Below, one piece after another: positions 24,415-37,957 of a stretch of DNA of 64,000 nucleotides. Position numbers and translations under genes: made by a program. The notes beneath the pieces are model-generated. The model was given only the letters and a program-made list of their open reading frames with translations, made no database searches and was not told the DNA's origin. This DNA is from Octopus sinensis (lineage: Eukaryota). Within the stretch, counting starts at the first letter, position 1; every line of letters begins with the position of its first letter. The DNA is taken from NCBI RefSeq assembly GCF_006345805.1, contig NC_043025.1, positions 11,966,001 through 12,030,000 on the forward strand, in the 5' to 3' direction.

Positions 24415-24875
24415 TAGATGAAACCACCTCTGGCTCTGTGGTAAAATGTTTTGTTTTCATAAGTTTTGAATTAAAATCTTCCACCAAACCTTAATCACAA
24501 TTTATGTTCCTAACACTAGCTTAAAATGATAACTAAGTTATTTTACTAAATTCTTTGGTATATTTAAAATTAATTGAAAGAAACACAGAGCATCTCAACA
24601 GAAATATGGTAACAAAAGGGTTAAGATATATAATAGAGAAACAATTCTTAACCCTTTTGATACCAACCTGGTTGAAACCACCTCTGGCTCTGAGTACAAA
24701 TATCTTGTTTTCTTAAGTTTTGAATTAAAATCTTCCACCAAACCTTAGTCACAATTTGTGTTCCTAACACTAGCTGAATGATAACTAAGTTATTTTACTA
24801 AATTCTTTGTTATATTTAAAATAATTGAAAGAAACACAGAGCATCTCAAAATAAATACAGTAACGAAAGGGTTAA
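24415..24875. mobile_element. Second cluster (two copies) of the TTAA MITE
   Basis: Same MITE and same 23-bp spacer as 16958-17687. Confidence 0.85.
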
Positions 24876-26571
24876 ATTTATCCTCTTTGTTATATTTTTT
24901 TTTTCTGTAATTAATAAAAAAGGAGGTATTGTATTTCAATAAATAATATGGTCCCAAATAGATAAAGTGGTTTTTTTCTGAACAATTAAATGGTCTTATT
25001 GAATGAAACGGTGCCAAAAATATTTTAAGATATAATTAAAACAGAATTATCACAACTTAAATAACATTTTTCTTGTGTTTTCATTTTCTTCTTTAAATTC
25101 GTTTTCTCTTTTAATTCTGGAAAGAAATGACTTTGGGGAGATTTTCTACTATTCATGTTCGCTGTCATGCTTGCTGTAGGTGAGAATGGTAGTGGTGGTA
25201 TCATTCTTTGTTGGGGGCGGTGAGCTGGCAGAATGGTTAGCACGTCGGGCGAAATGCTTAGCGGTATTTCATCTGCCAGTACGTTCTGAGTTCAAATTCC
25301 GCCGAGGTCGACTTGGCCTTTCATCCTTTCAGGGTCGATTAAATAAGTTCCATTTACACACTGGGGTCGATGTAATTGACTTAATCCGTTTGTCTGTCCT
25401 TGTTTGTCCTCTCTGTGTTTAGCCCCTTATGGGTAGTAAAGAAATAGGTATTTCGTCTGCTGCTACGTTTTGAGTTCAAATTCCACTGAGGTCGACTTTG
25501 CCTTTCATCCTTTCAGAGTCGATTAAATAAATACCAGTTACGCACTGGAGTTAATGTAATCAACTTAATCCGTTTGTCTGTCCTTGTTTGTCCTCTCTGT
25601 GTTTAGCCCCTTGTGGGTAGTAAACAAATAGGTATTTCGTCTGCCGCTACGTTCTGAGTTCAAATTCCGCCAAGGTCGACTTTGCCTTTCATCCTTTCGG
25701 GGTCGATTAAATAAGTACCAGTTACGCATTGGGGATCGATATAATCGACTTAATCCGTTTGTCTGTCCTTGTTTGTCCCCTCTGTGTTTAGCCCCTTGTG
25801 GATAGTAAAGAAATAGGTATCAGTCTTAGTGGCGTGATGGCAGTGATGTCGTTGTTGTTGTTGTTGTTGCTCTGCTGCTGCTGCTGTTGTTGTTGTTGTG
25901 GTGGTGGTGGTGGTGGTGGTGGTATAATGGCAGTGTTGTTACAGTGGTTCTTTAACCCCCAAATTAACTCAGAATTAACAGGCTATCATCAAATAGCAAT
26001 CCATCCGTGACCATCTCATTTTTTTCCAACTGTATCTAGGATTACATCATCCAACGGGTCCTTCATCTTCTTAAGGTGATAGCATATATGATTTGAGGAA
26101 GACTTGGCTATTATTTCTGTGGAGGCACGTGGCTTAGTGGCTAGGGTGTTGGACTCACAGTCATAAGATTGTGGTTTCAATTCCTGGACTGGGTGCCGCA
26201 TTATGTTCTTGAGCAAACCCCTTCATTTCACTGTTGCTCAGTCCACTCGGCCGTAGAAGTGACCACCCCTAGTGGAGGCATGTTGCCTAGTGGTTAAGGT
26301 GTTGGGTTCACAACAGTAAGAATGTGGTTTCGATCCCTGGATGCACCATAGATAAAGAAACATATAAGATTATCACTACTGCTTGACAACAGGTGCTGGT
26401 TTGTTTACATCCTTGTGAATCAGCGCGGTTTGGGAAGAACAATACACCCTGGGGTTGAGTTGTTTGACTAAAGCCCCTCAAGACAATGCTCCAGCATGAC
26501 CACGGTCCAGTGATTAGTAAAAGAAGTAAATGACAAAAAAAGCTTCATCAATTCAAATTTATTATCAAAAC

Positions 26572-26605
<34 letters not shown>

Positions 26606-26614
26606 GTATATGTA

Positions 26615-26655
<41 letters not shown>

Positions 26656-26803
26656 GTATATATGATATATATATATAATGTATATGTATATATGTATATC
26701 TATATATATATATATATATATGTATATGTATATATGTATATATATATATATATGTATATGTATATATGTATATATATATTATATATATGTATATGTATAT
26801 ATG

Positions 26804-27060
26804 TCAATACGCTATTTCACCATGCATTACCCCTCTCTCGATATCCTACGTTCTACTTGCCTAGAACCTGTCCTCTGAACCACCCCTCCCACTGGTGCTC
26901 CCCTATATTTCTGCACCCCCCCCCACCACGAACCCCCCTCTTCAATACACTATTTCACCATGCATTACCCCTCTCTCGATATCCTACGTTCTACTTGCCT
27001 AGTACCTGTCCTCTGAACCACCCCTCCCACTGGTGCTCCCCTATATTTCTGCACCCCCCC
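26804..27060. repeat. Direct duplication of ~120 bp (137-bp period)
   Basis: tcaatac.ctatttcaccatgcattacccc...ctgcacccccccc occurs twice. Confidence 0.9.
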
Positions 27061-27322
27061 CATAAAAAGCACCATCCGAACATGGCCGATGCCAGACCCC
27101 TCTGGCACCTGTGCAGGTGGCACGTAAAAAACACCCACTACACTCGCGGAGTGGTTGGCGTTAGGAAGGGCATCCAGCTGTAGAAACACTGCCAGACTAG
27201 ACTGGAGCCTGGGGCTGTCCCGAGCTCCCCAGACCCCGGTCGAAACCGTCCAACCCGTGCTAGCGCAGAAAACGGACGTTAAACGATGATGATGATGATG
27301 ATGATATATATATGTATATGTA

Positions 27323-27359
<37 letters not shown>

Positions 27360-27420
27360 GTATATATGTATATATATATATATATAATATAATATATATA
27401 TATATATATTATATATATAT

Positions 27421-27457
<37 letters not shown>

Positions 27458-27504
27458 ATATTATTATATATTATATATATATATTATATATATATTTATA
27501 TAAT

Positions 27505-27706
<202 letters not shown>

Positions 27707-28354
27707 ATCATCATCATCATCATCATCGTTTAGCGTCCGTTTTCCATGCTAGCATGGGTTGGACGGGTCAACTGGGGTCTGTGAAGCTGGAAGGCTTCGT
27801 CAGGCCCAGTCAGATCTGGCAGTGTTTCTACGGCTGGATGCCCTTCCTAACGCCAACCACTCCGCGAGTGTAGTGGGTGTTTTTTTTTTTTACATGCCAC
27901 CTGCACAGTATATATGTATATATATATATATTTATATATATATATGTGTATATATATATATGTATATATGTATATATATATGTATATATATATATCATCA
28001 TCATCGTTTAGCGTCCGTTCTCCATGCTAGAATGGGTTGGACGGTTCTACAGGGGTCTGTGAAGCCGGAAGGCTTCATCAGGCCCAGTCAAATCTGGCAG
28101 TGTTTCTACGGCTGGATGCCCTTCCTAACGCCAACCACTCCGCGAGTGTAGTGGGTGCTTTTTACGTGCCACCCGCACAGGTGCCAGACAGAGGTGGAAA
28201 ACGGCCACGAACGGATGGTGCTTTTTACGTGCCACCGGCACGAGGCCAGTTGGGGCGGCGCTGGCAACGGTCGCAAAACGGAAGGTTCTCTTACATGCCA
28301 CCAGCACTGGTAACACATCTGCTATTTCCATTGATTGATTTCGATTCTGATATG

Positions 28355-28406
<52 letters not shown>

Positions 28407-28809
28407 TGTACATAAATATACAAACACACATAATGATATATATACATAAGTAAATATGTTTGTGAATATATATATGTGTGTATATATATATATATACACA
28501 AATATATATTTCCAGTTACATCCACGACTCCAGCATGACCACGGTCCGGTGATTAGTAAAAGAAATAAACGACAAAAAAAGCTTCATCAATTCAAATTTA
28601 TTATCAAAACACATACATACATATATATATATATACACAAATATACAAACACACATGATGATACATATATATATGTAGATATGTGTGTGAATATATATAT
28701 ATGTATGTATGTATATGTATGTGTGTGTGTATATATATATATATATATACATATATACACATATATATATTTCCAGTTACGTCCACGAGTCTGTGTTGCT
28801 TATCATTAC

Positions 28810-28957
28810 CGTTGGTAAGTCACTGTGGATAACGCTCCTGGAATTGGCCTCTGTCACACTGGTGCCACTGAGGCTCTCCTCTGCGCCCTCTTCTGGTTGC
28901 TGGTAGCAAGGTTTCCCAGGCTGGAGTGAGGAAGCTTCGATAACATTCATTTTTATT
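28810..28957 (-). CDS. Candidate internal exon (unknown gene or alternative ANKAR exon)
   Basis: Strong poly-T acceptor ...ccgttcatttccag|A and donor ACG|gtaatg. 148 nt, phase 2 to phase 0: IKMNVIEASSLQPGKPCYQQPEEGAEESLSGTSVTEANSRSVIHSDLPT. GC-rich unique island. Confidence 0.55.
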
Positions 28958-29296
28958 CTGGAAATGAACGGAAAAAAAAAAAAAGAAAAAAATTAAGGGG
29001 GACATTTCAATTCAAGTTAGAAATCATCAACGGCGGTGCCCCAGCATGGCCGCGGCCTTCAGGTTTAAAACGTTTTTAAGGATTTAAGGTACCTTGAAGA
29101 GGGGACATGTTCGTTAATGTTGTCCTGCCTGCTCGAAAGAAATAAAAAAAAAAAATTGATGGGGAGCTGCCATCTTTGGATTGCCTTAGCTCACAGATCT
29201 AGTTGATCAGTAATGTCGCTGTGCTCAAAGATGGACTAAAAGAGTACACACATATATTTATACAAATGTATGTATGTATATATGTATGTATGTATC

Positions 29297-29330
<34 letters not shown>

Positions 29331-29382
29331 TGTGTGTATGTATATATATATGTGTATATGTATGTATATATATATATATATA

Positions 29383-29770
29383 CTAGCAGTATCGCCCGGC
29401 GTTGCTCGGGTTTGTAAGGGAAATAACTATAAAGCATTTTTAGAGAGTTATAGCCAAAAAATAGCAAAAAAATGGGGAGAAAAATATGGTAAATTTATTT
29501 TTGAGAGTTAAAAAGGTGGAGTTGCGTCCCCTAGACAGTCTGTGGTTTGTGTTTCTGATTCTCGACCCCATGTCGAATTTATCGATTTTTTTTCAGAACT
29601 GGGGGAACTTTTCAAAATTTTCGCTGCGTTAGTTTTGAATTATGACATTGGGCTATGTGTGTGTCAAGTTTCATCAGAATCGGTTGAAAGCCGTGGTCAG
29701 GGTGAGGGTACAACCTGACAGATACACAGAAACACACACACAGACAAACTGCCGTTTATATATAGAGAGA
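29383..29770 (-). mobile_element. Non-autonomous Helitron
   Basis: On the - strand: A|TC 5' end, 3' hairpin cccgagcaacgccggg then CTAG|T. Confidence 0.85.
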
Positions 29771-30166
29771 TGTGTATGTATATATATAGGTATGTATATA
29801 TGTATGTGCGTATATATATATATATATATAGTGAAGGCGCATGGTTCAGTGGTTAGAGCATCGAGCTTATGATTGTGAGGTTGTGAGTTTGAATCCTGGA
29901 CCGGGCTGTGAGTTGTGTTCTTGAGCAAGACACTTTATTTCACGTTGCTCCAGTTCATTCAGCTGTAGAAATGAGTTGCAATGTCACAGGTGCCAAGCTG
30001 TATCAGCCCTTGCCTTTCCCTTGGATAACACTGGTGGCATGGAGGGTAGAGGCTGGTATGTATGAGCAACTGCTGGTCATAAAAACAATCCTGCTGGACT
30101 TATACCTGGGAGGGTAACTTTCTAGGTGCAATCTCAAGGTCAGTCATGACCAAATGGGGTCTCAGC

Positions 30167-30198
<32 letters not shown>

Positions 30199-31593
30199 GA
30201 AGGTTTGAAAATGCAATGTTAAAGATGTTTATTGACTTGACTGCTTTCACTTTTTTAGAAAAAGATTGTCAAAAGTAAAATGTAAGGCTTTGTTGTATTA
30301 AGTACTAGTTGTCACAAAAGTATTAAAATACAGTTATACATTCTTCGATAATAATAAGAAAATGTTCAAAACAGTTTACAAGAAAGTATTCAACAAAAAG
30401 TATTATGAGTTCAATAAAAATCATGTTTGTTTGGTAATATATATATATACACACACAGAAGGAGATATATTTAAGAATTCACAAAAAATTGGAGAGGAAC
30501 TGACCTGTCTTTCTGACATTATGGGCACAGGTGTGGCTGTGTGGTAAGAAGCTGGCTTCCCTACCACATACTTCCGGGTTCAGTCCCACTGCATGGCACC
30601 TTGGGCAAGTGTCTTCTACTATAGCCTTGGGGCGACCTAAGCCTTGTGAGTAGATTTGGTAGGTGGAAACTGAAAGAAGCTTGTCGTATACGTATACATT
30701 TTATGTGTGTGTCTCTTTGTGTCCCCTCACCATTGCTCGACAGTCGATGGTGTGTTTATCTCCCCGTAACTTAGCAGTTCAGCAAAAGAGACTGATAGAA
30801 TAAGTACTAGACTTACAAAGAATACATTCTAGGGGTTTATTTCTTTGATTAGAACCGTTTAAGGTGGTGCTCCAGCATGGCCACAGTCAAATGACTGAAA
30901 CGTGTAACAGAATAAAAGAAAAAATATATATTAAACAGGAGTGGCTGTGTGGTAAGTAGCTTGTTTACCAACCACATGGTTCCGGGTTCAGTCCCACTGC
31001 GTGGCACCTTGGCAAGTGTCTTCTACTATAGCCCCGGGCCGACCAATGCCTTGTGAGTGGATTTGGTAGACGGAAACTGAAAGAAACCTGTCGTATATAT
31101 ATATATGTGTGTGTGTGTTTGTCCCCTTAGCATTGCTTGACAACCGATGCTGGTGTGTTTAGGTCCCCGTTACTTAGCGGTTCGGCAAAAAGAGACCGAT
31201 AGAATAAGTACTGGGCTTACAAAGAATAAGTCCCGGGGTTGATTTGCTCGACTAAAGGCAGTGCTCCAGCATGGCCGCAGTCAAATGACTGAAACAAGTA
31301 AAAGAACAAAAAAAAATAATTGCCTACAGATAAAAAGAAAACAAACCCTTACACACAGTGCCTGTCCCAGCATGGCCGCAGTCCAATGACTGAAACCGGC
31401 GAGAGCGTAAAAAAAATATTAAAAAACAAGCAGCAGAAATAAATAAGAAATTTTTTACCTCTTCCATAGAACCTTCTAGAGGTTAAACCTTCCACGTTCC
31501 TGCCCTCCACCTCACCACCACCACCACCGCCTCATCCTCCTCTTCCTCTTCCTCCACTACCACCAAAAACTGTCAAACACTGCAGCCTCCTTG

Positions 31594-31816
31594 TCACATG
31601 TTATTAGCTCCGACCGTGTCGTCGATATTGGACGTTCCTTCGGGGTTCCAGGGCTTAAGGATGCTGCTCTTGGCCCTCTTCGCAGCCAGCCTGTCCGTCT
31701 CGGTGACGTTGATGTCCACACTCACTCCTTCGTGCGCATCCTTGTCCTGCATCATGGGCCACTGGTCTACGTCATTCATCTCGTGATAGGCCCTCTCAAA
31801 TTTCACCTCATTCAAC
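31594..31816 (-). CDS. ANKAR: ANKAR-like exon 6 (terminal)
   Basis: Acceptor tttattccatcag|G, phase 2, joins exon 5 (CA|G = Gln). Translates LNEVKFERAYHEM...VGANNM*; only this frame is open. Confidence 0.7.
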
Positions 31817-31889
31817 CTGATGGAATAAACGGAGTGAGCGAGAGTGAGTGAGTGAGTGATTGAAATACAGTTGGGGAATTCATCAGTCA

Positions 31890-32042
31890 TCGATCGTCAA
31901 TCGTCAATCATTGATCATCAATCGTTGATCATCAATCATTGATCATCAATCGTTGATCATCGATCGTTGATCATCAATCATTGATCATCAATCGATCATC
32001 ATCAATCGTTGATCATCGATCATCAATCATTGATCATCGATC
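31890..32042. repeat. ~14-bp minisatellite ttgatcatcaatc(g/a)
   Basis: About 10 imperfect units. Confidence 0.85.
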
Positions 32043-32223
32043 CTTGTTAGGTCTTTTTTTTTTGTTGGGGATGGGGTGTGGAGGTGTGTGTGCGTGGGTG
32101 GGTTGGTGGTGGGATTAGGTATTGAAGGTTTTTTTCTTCGACTCTCTTACAAGAATAAGAAATTGAAGAACTTGATTGATACACACACACACGTGTGTGT
32201 GTGTGTGTATGTATCATATATAT

Positions 32224-32265
<42 letters not shown>

Positions 32266-32392
32266 ATACATGTACACAGACATATGCTTATATGTACCTG
32301 TGTGTATATATTTACACATACATATATGTATACACACACATATATATATATATATACATATATATGTATGTATATATATTTGTATATGTATA

Positions 32393-32437
<45 letters not shown>

Positions 32438-32856
32438 TATATGTATATATATTTGTATGTATATATATAATGTGTGTATGTATGTAGGTATACATATATA
32501 TATATGTGTGTATTTATGTAGATATACATATATATATATCGCCCCGTTTCGTGTCCGTTGCCAGCCTCGCCTGGCCCTCGTGCCGGTGGCACATAAAAAG
32601 CACCATCCGTTCGTGGCCGTTTGCCAGCTCTGTCTGGCACCAGTGCGGGTGGCACGTAAAAAGCACCCACTACACTCACGGAGTGGTTGGCGTTAGGAAG
32701 GGCATCCAGCCATAGAAACACTGCCAGATTTGACTGGGCCTGATGAAGCCTTCTGGCTTCACAGACCCCAGTAGAACCGTCCAACCATGCTAGCATGGAA
32801 AACGGACACTAAATGATGATGATGATGATGATGATGTATGTAGGTTTACTTATATA

Positions 32857-32926
<70 letters not shown>

Positions 32927-34019
32927 TATATACATATAGATACGTATACATATATACATACATACATACATACATACATATGTGTGTGTATGTATATAGG
33001 TATACATATATGTCTATATATAATGATATATAATTGTAAGATCTGAGGATCAAAGTGTAGGAAATTAGTAAGCCTCAAGCAGTCTGTAGAAGGTATAAAA
33101 AAAAACAACTTTTGGCAACAATAATAGTTTATGGGTGGAGAAGGTTGAAGATTTTTCCCATATTGAACTTTGATAAGCTGAAAGGTGTTTTCTTTTTATA
33201 ATTCATGGTTAGCAACCGTAGTTGCTAATCTTGAACTATAAAAAAATTTTTTTCAGGCATGGCTGTGTGGTAAGAAGCTAGTCTCCCAGCTACATGGTTC
33301 CAGGTTCAGTCCCACTGCGTGGCACCTTGGGCAAGTGTCTTCTACTGTAGTCTTAGGTCTGCCAAAGTCTTGCAAGTGGATTTGGTAGACAGAAACTGAA
33401 AGAAGCCTATCGTATACATATATATATATATATATATACATACATACATACATACATGTGTGTGTGTATGTATGCCTTCATGTTTGGTGGTGGTGGTGGT
33501 GGTGGCGGTGGTGGTGGTGGGTGGTGGTGGTGGTGGTGGTTAATAGAGGCAGTTGATGACCATAAAATACATTTCAAGATACATCGACAAGAAACAATTA
33601 ATTAATATATATATTAATTTATTAACAATTAATTAATATATGTAGATGAGTTAAAACATTTACTGAAGCAATCATGAAAAAACTCAAGAGAAGTTATAAG
33701 GTGTTATAATATAAACATATACCTGCATATATAAATATATACTAACTGATGTACCTGGTAATTCCCAGAAAAGTGGGACTTATCTCTTGGTTCTGTTCTC
33801 ATAACTGTTTTGCTAATCCAATAACAACAATACAAAGTATGTCGTCCTTAAAACGGTTTTTGTGCATTTACAGAGAATACCGAATTGTCTTACATAGGGT
33901 CTTGTTTTTAGGAAATCCCAATAAGTTATGAATACCCAAATTGCGAAGTCAGTGGCGTAATGGCATGAAATTAGTTACCCGATAGTAAGAATTCATATAA
34001 AGTAGCCCCGAAAAGGGCT

Positions 34020-34247
34020 TTAACCCTTTAGCGTTCAAATTAATATGTCAGAAGTAATCATTATTCATTTACATTTAAAAAAATTAATCTGGTATTATCT
34101 TGTAGCTTCAAGATTTAAAAGATGTAACTGTTTATTTTTAGAATGACATTGCAGGGTAGATGTGAGATACTGGTTCTGGCCAGTTTGAGCATAAAATGAG
34201 TAGAATATTTGGGCTGGATATGGCCGGTTTAAACACTAAAGGGTTAA
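34020..34247. mobile_element. TTAA-flanked MITE (second piggyBac-like family)
   Basis: TTAA|ccctttagcgttcaaa ... tttaaacactaaaggg|TTAA. Confidence 0.75.
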
Positions 34248-34577
34248 TGCATTCCCAGAGTATATAGAACTTAGGAGGAAATACCAATAAGGTATGTATA
34301 CCAAGATCAGATATGAAATAATAACACTTCAAAGTAAAGAACTCTGAAAAGGGCTTTTGTGTGTTCCCAGAGAATATTACCCTCAGCGGCGCTAGTGTTG
34401 AAATAGATTTACAGTGAATGTAGAAACAGAGTGACATTTAGTTTTACAGCAGACATACAAATAAATTTGTACATAGGTTTAAAAATAAAATAGCGTGGAT
34501 TATCAATATATTTACAACACTTTTGAATATTACAGTTAAATAATAAATACCTGATAATTTGGAGAATCTTATTTAGA

Positions 34578-35100
34578 TTTCAGAGCTTCTTGATAAACCA
34601 CATTTTTTGGTCTTTCCTTGTGGGGCTTAAATAAACAAATGATTAGGGTTTCTGACCCTTGAGCATCCCACATAAAGTTGGCCATGGGAGAAAACTGGTT
34701 CCACGAGATTCAGACCTACCACATCCAAGGACTGCCCCTGGGCCTTGTTAATGCTCATTGCAAAGTTCAGTTTCAAAGGGAATTGCAGGCCCTTGTACTG
34801 GAAAGGCATATCCGAGGGAATAAGTGGAATTCTAGGAATGAATACAGGCTCACCGCTTGCTTTACCAGTCTCCAAGACTGTTGGCATTATCTTCTTTATT
34901 ATAGGTCGTGTGCCATAGCAAAGCTTTGGTGGATCGAGGTTTCAAGGCAACATAACTGGTGCCCCAATCTCAATGTTGTAGCTGATTTCTCGCAGGTACT
35001 CAATTGCAAGATTGTTTGCTGCCTGCTCCAGGTGAGGCAGACCAGATGTGGAATTTCCTCGACCTCCCATAGATTGCACTCAGGTGTCCAGGTCAAGTGG
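34578..35100 (-). mobile_element. Helitron RepHel (PIF1-type helicase) C-terminal remnant
   Basis: FIPRIPLIPSD.PF...QFPLKLNFAMSINKAQGQSL..VGL.L..PVFSHGQLYVGCSRV, then frameshifted APQGKTKNVVYQEAL*. Interrupted upstream by SINE D. Confidence 0.92.
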
Positions 35101-35801
35101 AAGCACTCCGTCGGTTACGACGACGAGGGTTCCGGTTGATCTGAATCAACGGAACAGCCTGCTCGTGAAATTAACGTGTAAGTGGCTGAGCACTCCACAG
35201 ACACGTGTACCCTTAACGTAGTTCTCGGGGATATTCAGCGTGACACAGAGGGTGACAAGGCCGGCCCTTTGAAATACAGGTACAACAGAAACAGGAAGTA
35301 AGAGTGAGAGAAAGTTGTGGTGAAAGAGTACAGCAGGGATCACCACCATCCCCTGCCGGAGCCTCGTGGAGCTTTTAGGTGTTTTCGCTCAATAAACACT
35401 CACAACGCCCGGTCTGGGAATTGAAACCGCGATCCTGTGACCGCGAGTCCGCTGCCCTAACCACTGGGCCATTGCGCCTCCCCAGGTCAAGTAACGCTTC
35501 ATTGAAGTGCAGTTTATTTAAGAAAAAGAGTTGTGTAAATGTATATAACATACATGCATATATAAATTCTTTTATTCTTTTACTTGTTTCAGTCATTTTG
35601 ACTGCGGCCATGCTAGAGCAGTGCCTTTAGTTGAGCAAATCGACCCCAAGACTTATTCAGTCAGTTTTTTTCTTTTGCCTAATTGCTGAGTTACGGAGAC
35701 ATAAACACACCAACACCGATTTTCAGGTGGTGACGAGGCGGGAACAAAGACTGACACAAAGATACACACAGATATATATACATATGTATATACATACATA
35801 C

Positions 35802-35832
<31 letters not shown>

Positions 35833-36370
35833 CACAGATATATATATATATGTGTGTGTGTGTATATATATATATATATGTGTGACAGGATTTTTTCACT
35901 GCCCATCTACCAAATCCACTCACAAGGCTTTGGTCGGCCTGAGGCTATAGGAGAAGACACTCACCCAAGGTGCCATGCAGTGGGACTGAACTCAGAATCA
36001 GGTGGTTCGGTAGCAAGCTTTTTACCACACATCCACACCTGCACACACATAATTCAAATTTATAGAAAAACAAAGATGAAGACAGGTGTAGGAACAATGA
36101 GCAAGTGTATTAGTTTGATGCTTGGGAAAAATAGAAAAGTACTTTATATTTCGAGCGTATGCTCTTTGACAGTAAGGAATAAGAGAAAATAAACAGAGTG
36201 AGAATGAAAATAACGAAGTTATTTCATGTTAAAGTTGTCCTATTTCGGTAATTGTTTGTTTGTTCTAGTTATCAGGATCCTGTGTTTGGGGGTGAATCTT
36301 TTTAGGTTAAGGGCCAACGCGGAAACTAAAACAATATAAGAAAGAAGGAATTTTTGGCAACGGTACTTAC

Positions 36371-36490
36371 TGAATTGGGGGAAGCCCCAGTTTCTTGTAA
36401 TGTTTCCAATTTTCCATGAAACTTTCCGGAAGCTTCCGATCCTGTGTGTAGGTTTGCAGGACTTTGATGAGAAGAGGCTTTTTCCGACAT
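36371..36490 (-). CDS. ANKAR: ANKAR-like exon 5
   Basis: Phase 2/2, 120 nt: (K)CRKKPLLIKVLQTYTQDRKLPESFMENWKHYKKLGLPPI; donor CA|gtaagt. Not in the ORF track. Confidence 0.85.
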
Positions 36491-36585
36491 CTTCATGGGC
36501 GAGCGAGGAAATGGTGGACGGGCCCAAAGAAATAAAATATGCAGAAAAAGGAAATTTCAAACATTAGGGGTTAATGTACATTATT

Positions 36586-36715
36586 TACATTATTTACATT
36601 TGACGGATATTTGTCCTCATCTTGTTTGCTGTTAACACAACGTTTTGGCTGATATACCCTCCAGCCTTCATCAGGTGTCTTGGGGAAATTTCGAACTTGG
36701 ATTCTCATTCCTAAG
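36586..36715 (-). mobile_element. Penelope-like terminal fragment with minimal hammerhead motif (36634-36679)
   Basis: Minus strand GACAC-CTGATGA-A-GGCTG..CAGCC-AAAAC-GTT-GTGTT. Confidence 0.6.
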
Positions 36716-36733
36716 GTATTATTATTATTATTA

Positions 36734-36775
<42 letters not shown>

Positions 36776-36802
36776 TATTCTATATTTGACTTTTGCTTTG
36801 CA

Positions 36803-37117
36803 TTTGTACAAGTTGGCTCCAAGTCTCACCCAGAGACCTCAAGAGACAACAGGTTGGAAGTTAATGTTGGTGTTATGCCTAGGGTGCCATATATTTGGTT
36901 TTGTACATAGTGTTGTACTAGTGAATGTCTAAAAAACCATACGAAAATTATGTTTGTTTTAAAACTTGAGATTACATAGAAAGTATTTTGCGTAGGATAT
37001 GAACAGTTCCCATGAGCACTATCTTTTGAATTTCTGCCATTTTGAGGTTTCCTGGTATCTGAGTTAGGTAGCAATCAGCCCCTTTTGCTATCATTCCCAG
37101 GGCACCTATGACAACAG

Positions 37118-37149
<32 letters not shown>

Positions 37150-37179
37150 ATTATTATCATCATCATCATATCATCATCA

Positions 37180-37212
<33 letters not shown>

Positions 37213-37526
37213 TTGTACAAGCTGGCTCCAAGTCTCACCCAGAGACCTCAAGAGACAACAGGTTGGAAGTTAATGTTGGTGTTATGCCTAGGGTGCCATA
37301 TATTTGGTTTTGTACATAGTGTTGTACTAGTGAATGTCTAAAAAACCATACGAAAATTATGTTTGTTTTAAAACTTGAGATTACATAGAAAGTATTTTGC
37401 GTAGGATATGAACAGTTCCCATGAGCACTATCTTTTGAATTTCTGCCATTTTGAGGTTTCCTGGTATCTGAGTTAGGTAGCAATCAGCCCCTTTTGCTAT
37501 CATTCCCAGGGCACCTATGACAACAG

Positions 37527-37573
<47 letters not shown>

Positions 37574-37945
37574 ATTATTATCATCATCATCATCATCATC
37601 ATTATTATTATTATTATTATTATTATATTTGTACAAGCTGGCTCCAAGTCTCACCCAGAGACCCCAAGAGACAACAAGTTGGAAGTTTATGTTGGTGTTA
37701 TGCCTAGGGTGCCATATATTTGGTTTTGTACTTAGTGTTGTACTAGTGAATGCCTAAAAAAACCATACGAAAATTATGTTTGTTTTAAAACTTGAGATTA
37801 CATAGAAAGTATTTTGCGTAGGATATGAGCAGTTCCCATGAGCACTATCTTTTGAATTTTTGCCATTTTGGGGTTTCCTGGTATCTGAGCTAGGTAGCAA
37901 TCAGCCCCTTTTGCTATTATTCCCAGGGCACCTATGACAACAGGT
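36803..37945 (-). mobile_element. Three 5'-truncated copies (~320 bp) of an R4/Dong-type LINE separated by (ATT/ATC)n
   Basis: Copies at about 36803-37119, 37212-37528 and 37628-37945, each encoding IPVVIGALGMIAKG...IQKIVLMGT.HILRKILSM*. Confidence 0.88.
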
Positions 37946-37957
37946 ATTATTATTATT

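Noticed and set aside
25025-25243. Exon-like segment on either strand (minus-strand acceptors near 25115 and 25175; plus-strand GTGAGA donor at about 25180)
   Set aside because: Not phase-compatible with neighbouring exons, no convincing donor-acceptor pair, and no recognisable peptide.
28777-28814. Plus-strand mini-exon LRPRVCVAYHYRW with ag/gtaagt
   Set aside because: Overlaps the stronger minus-strand candidate and has no plus-strand partner exons.
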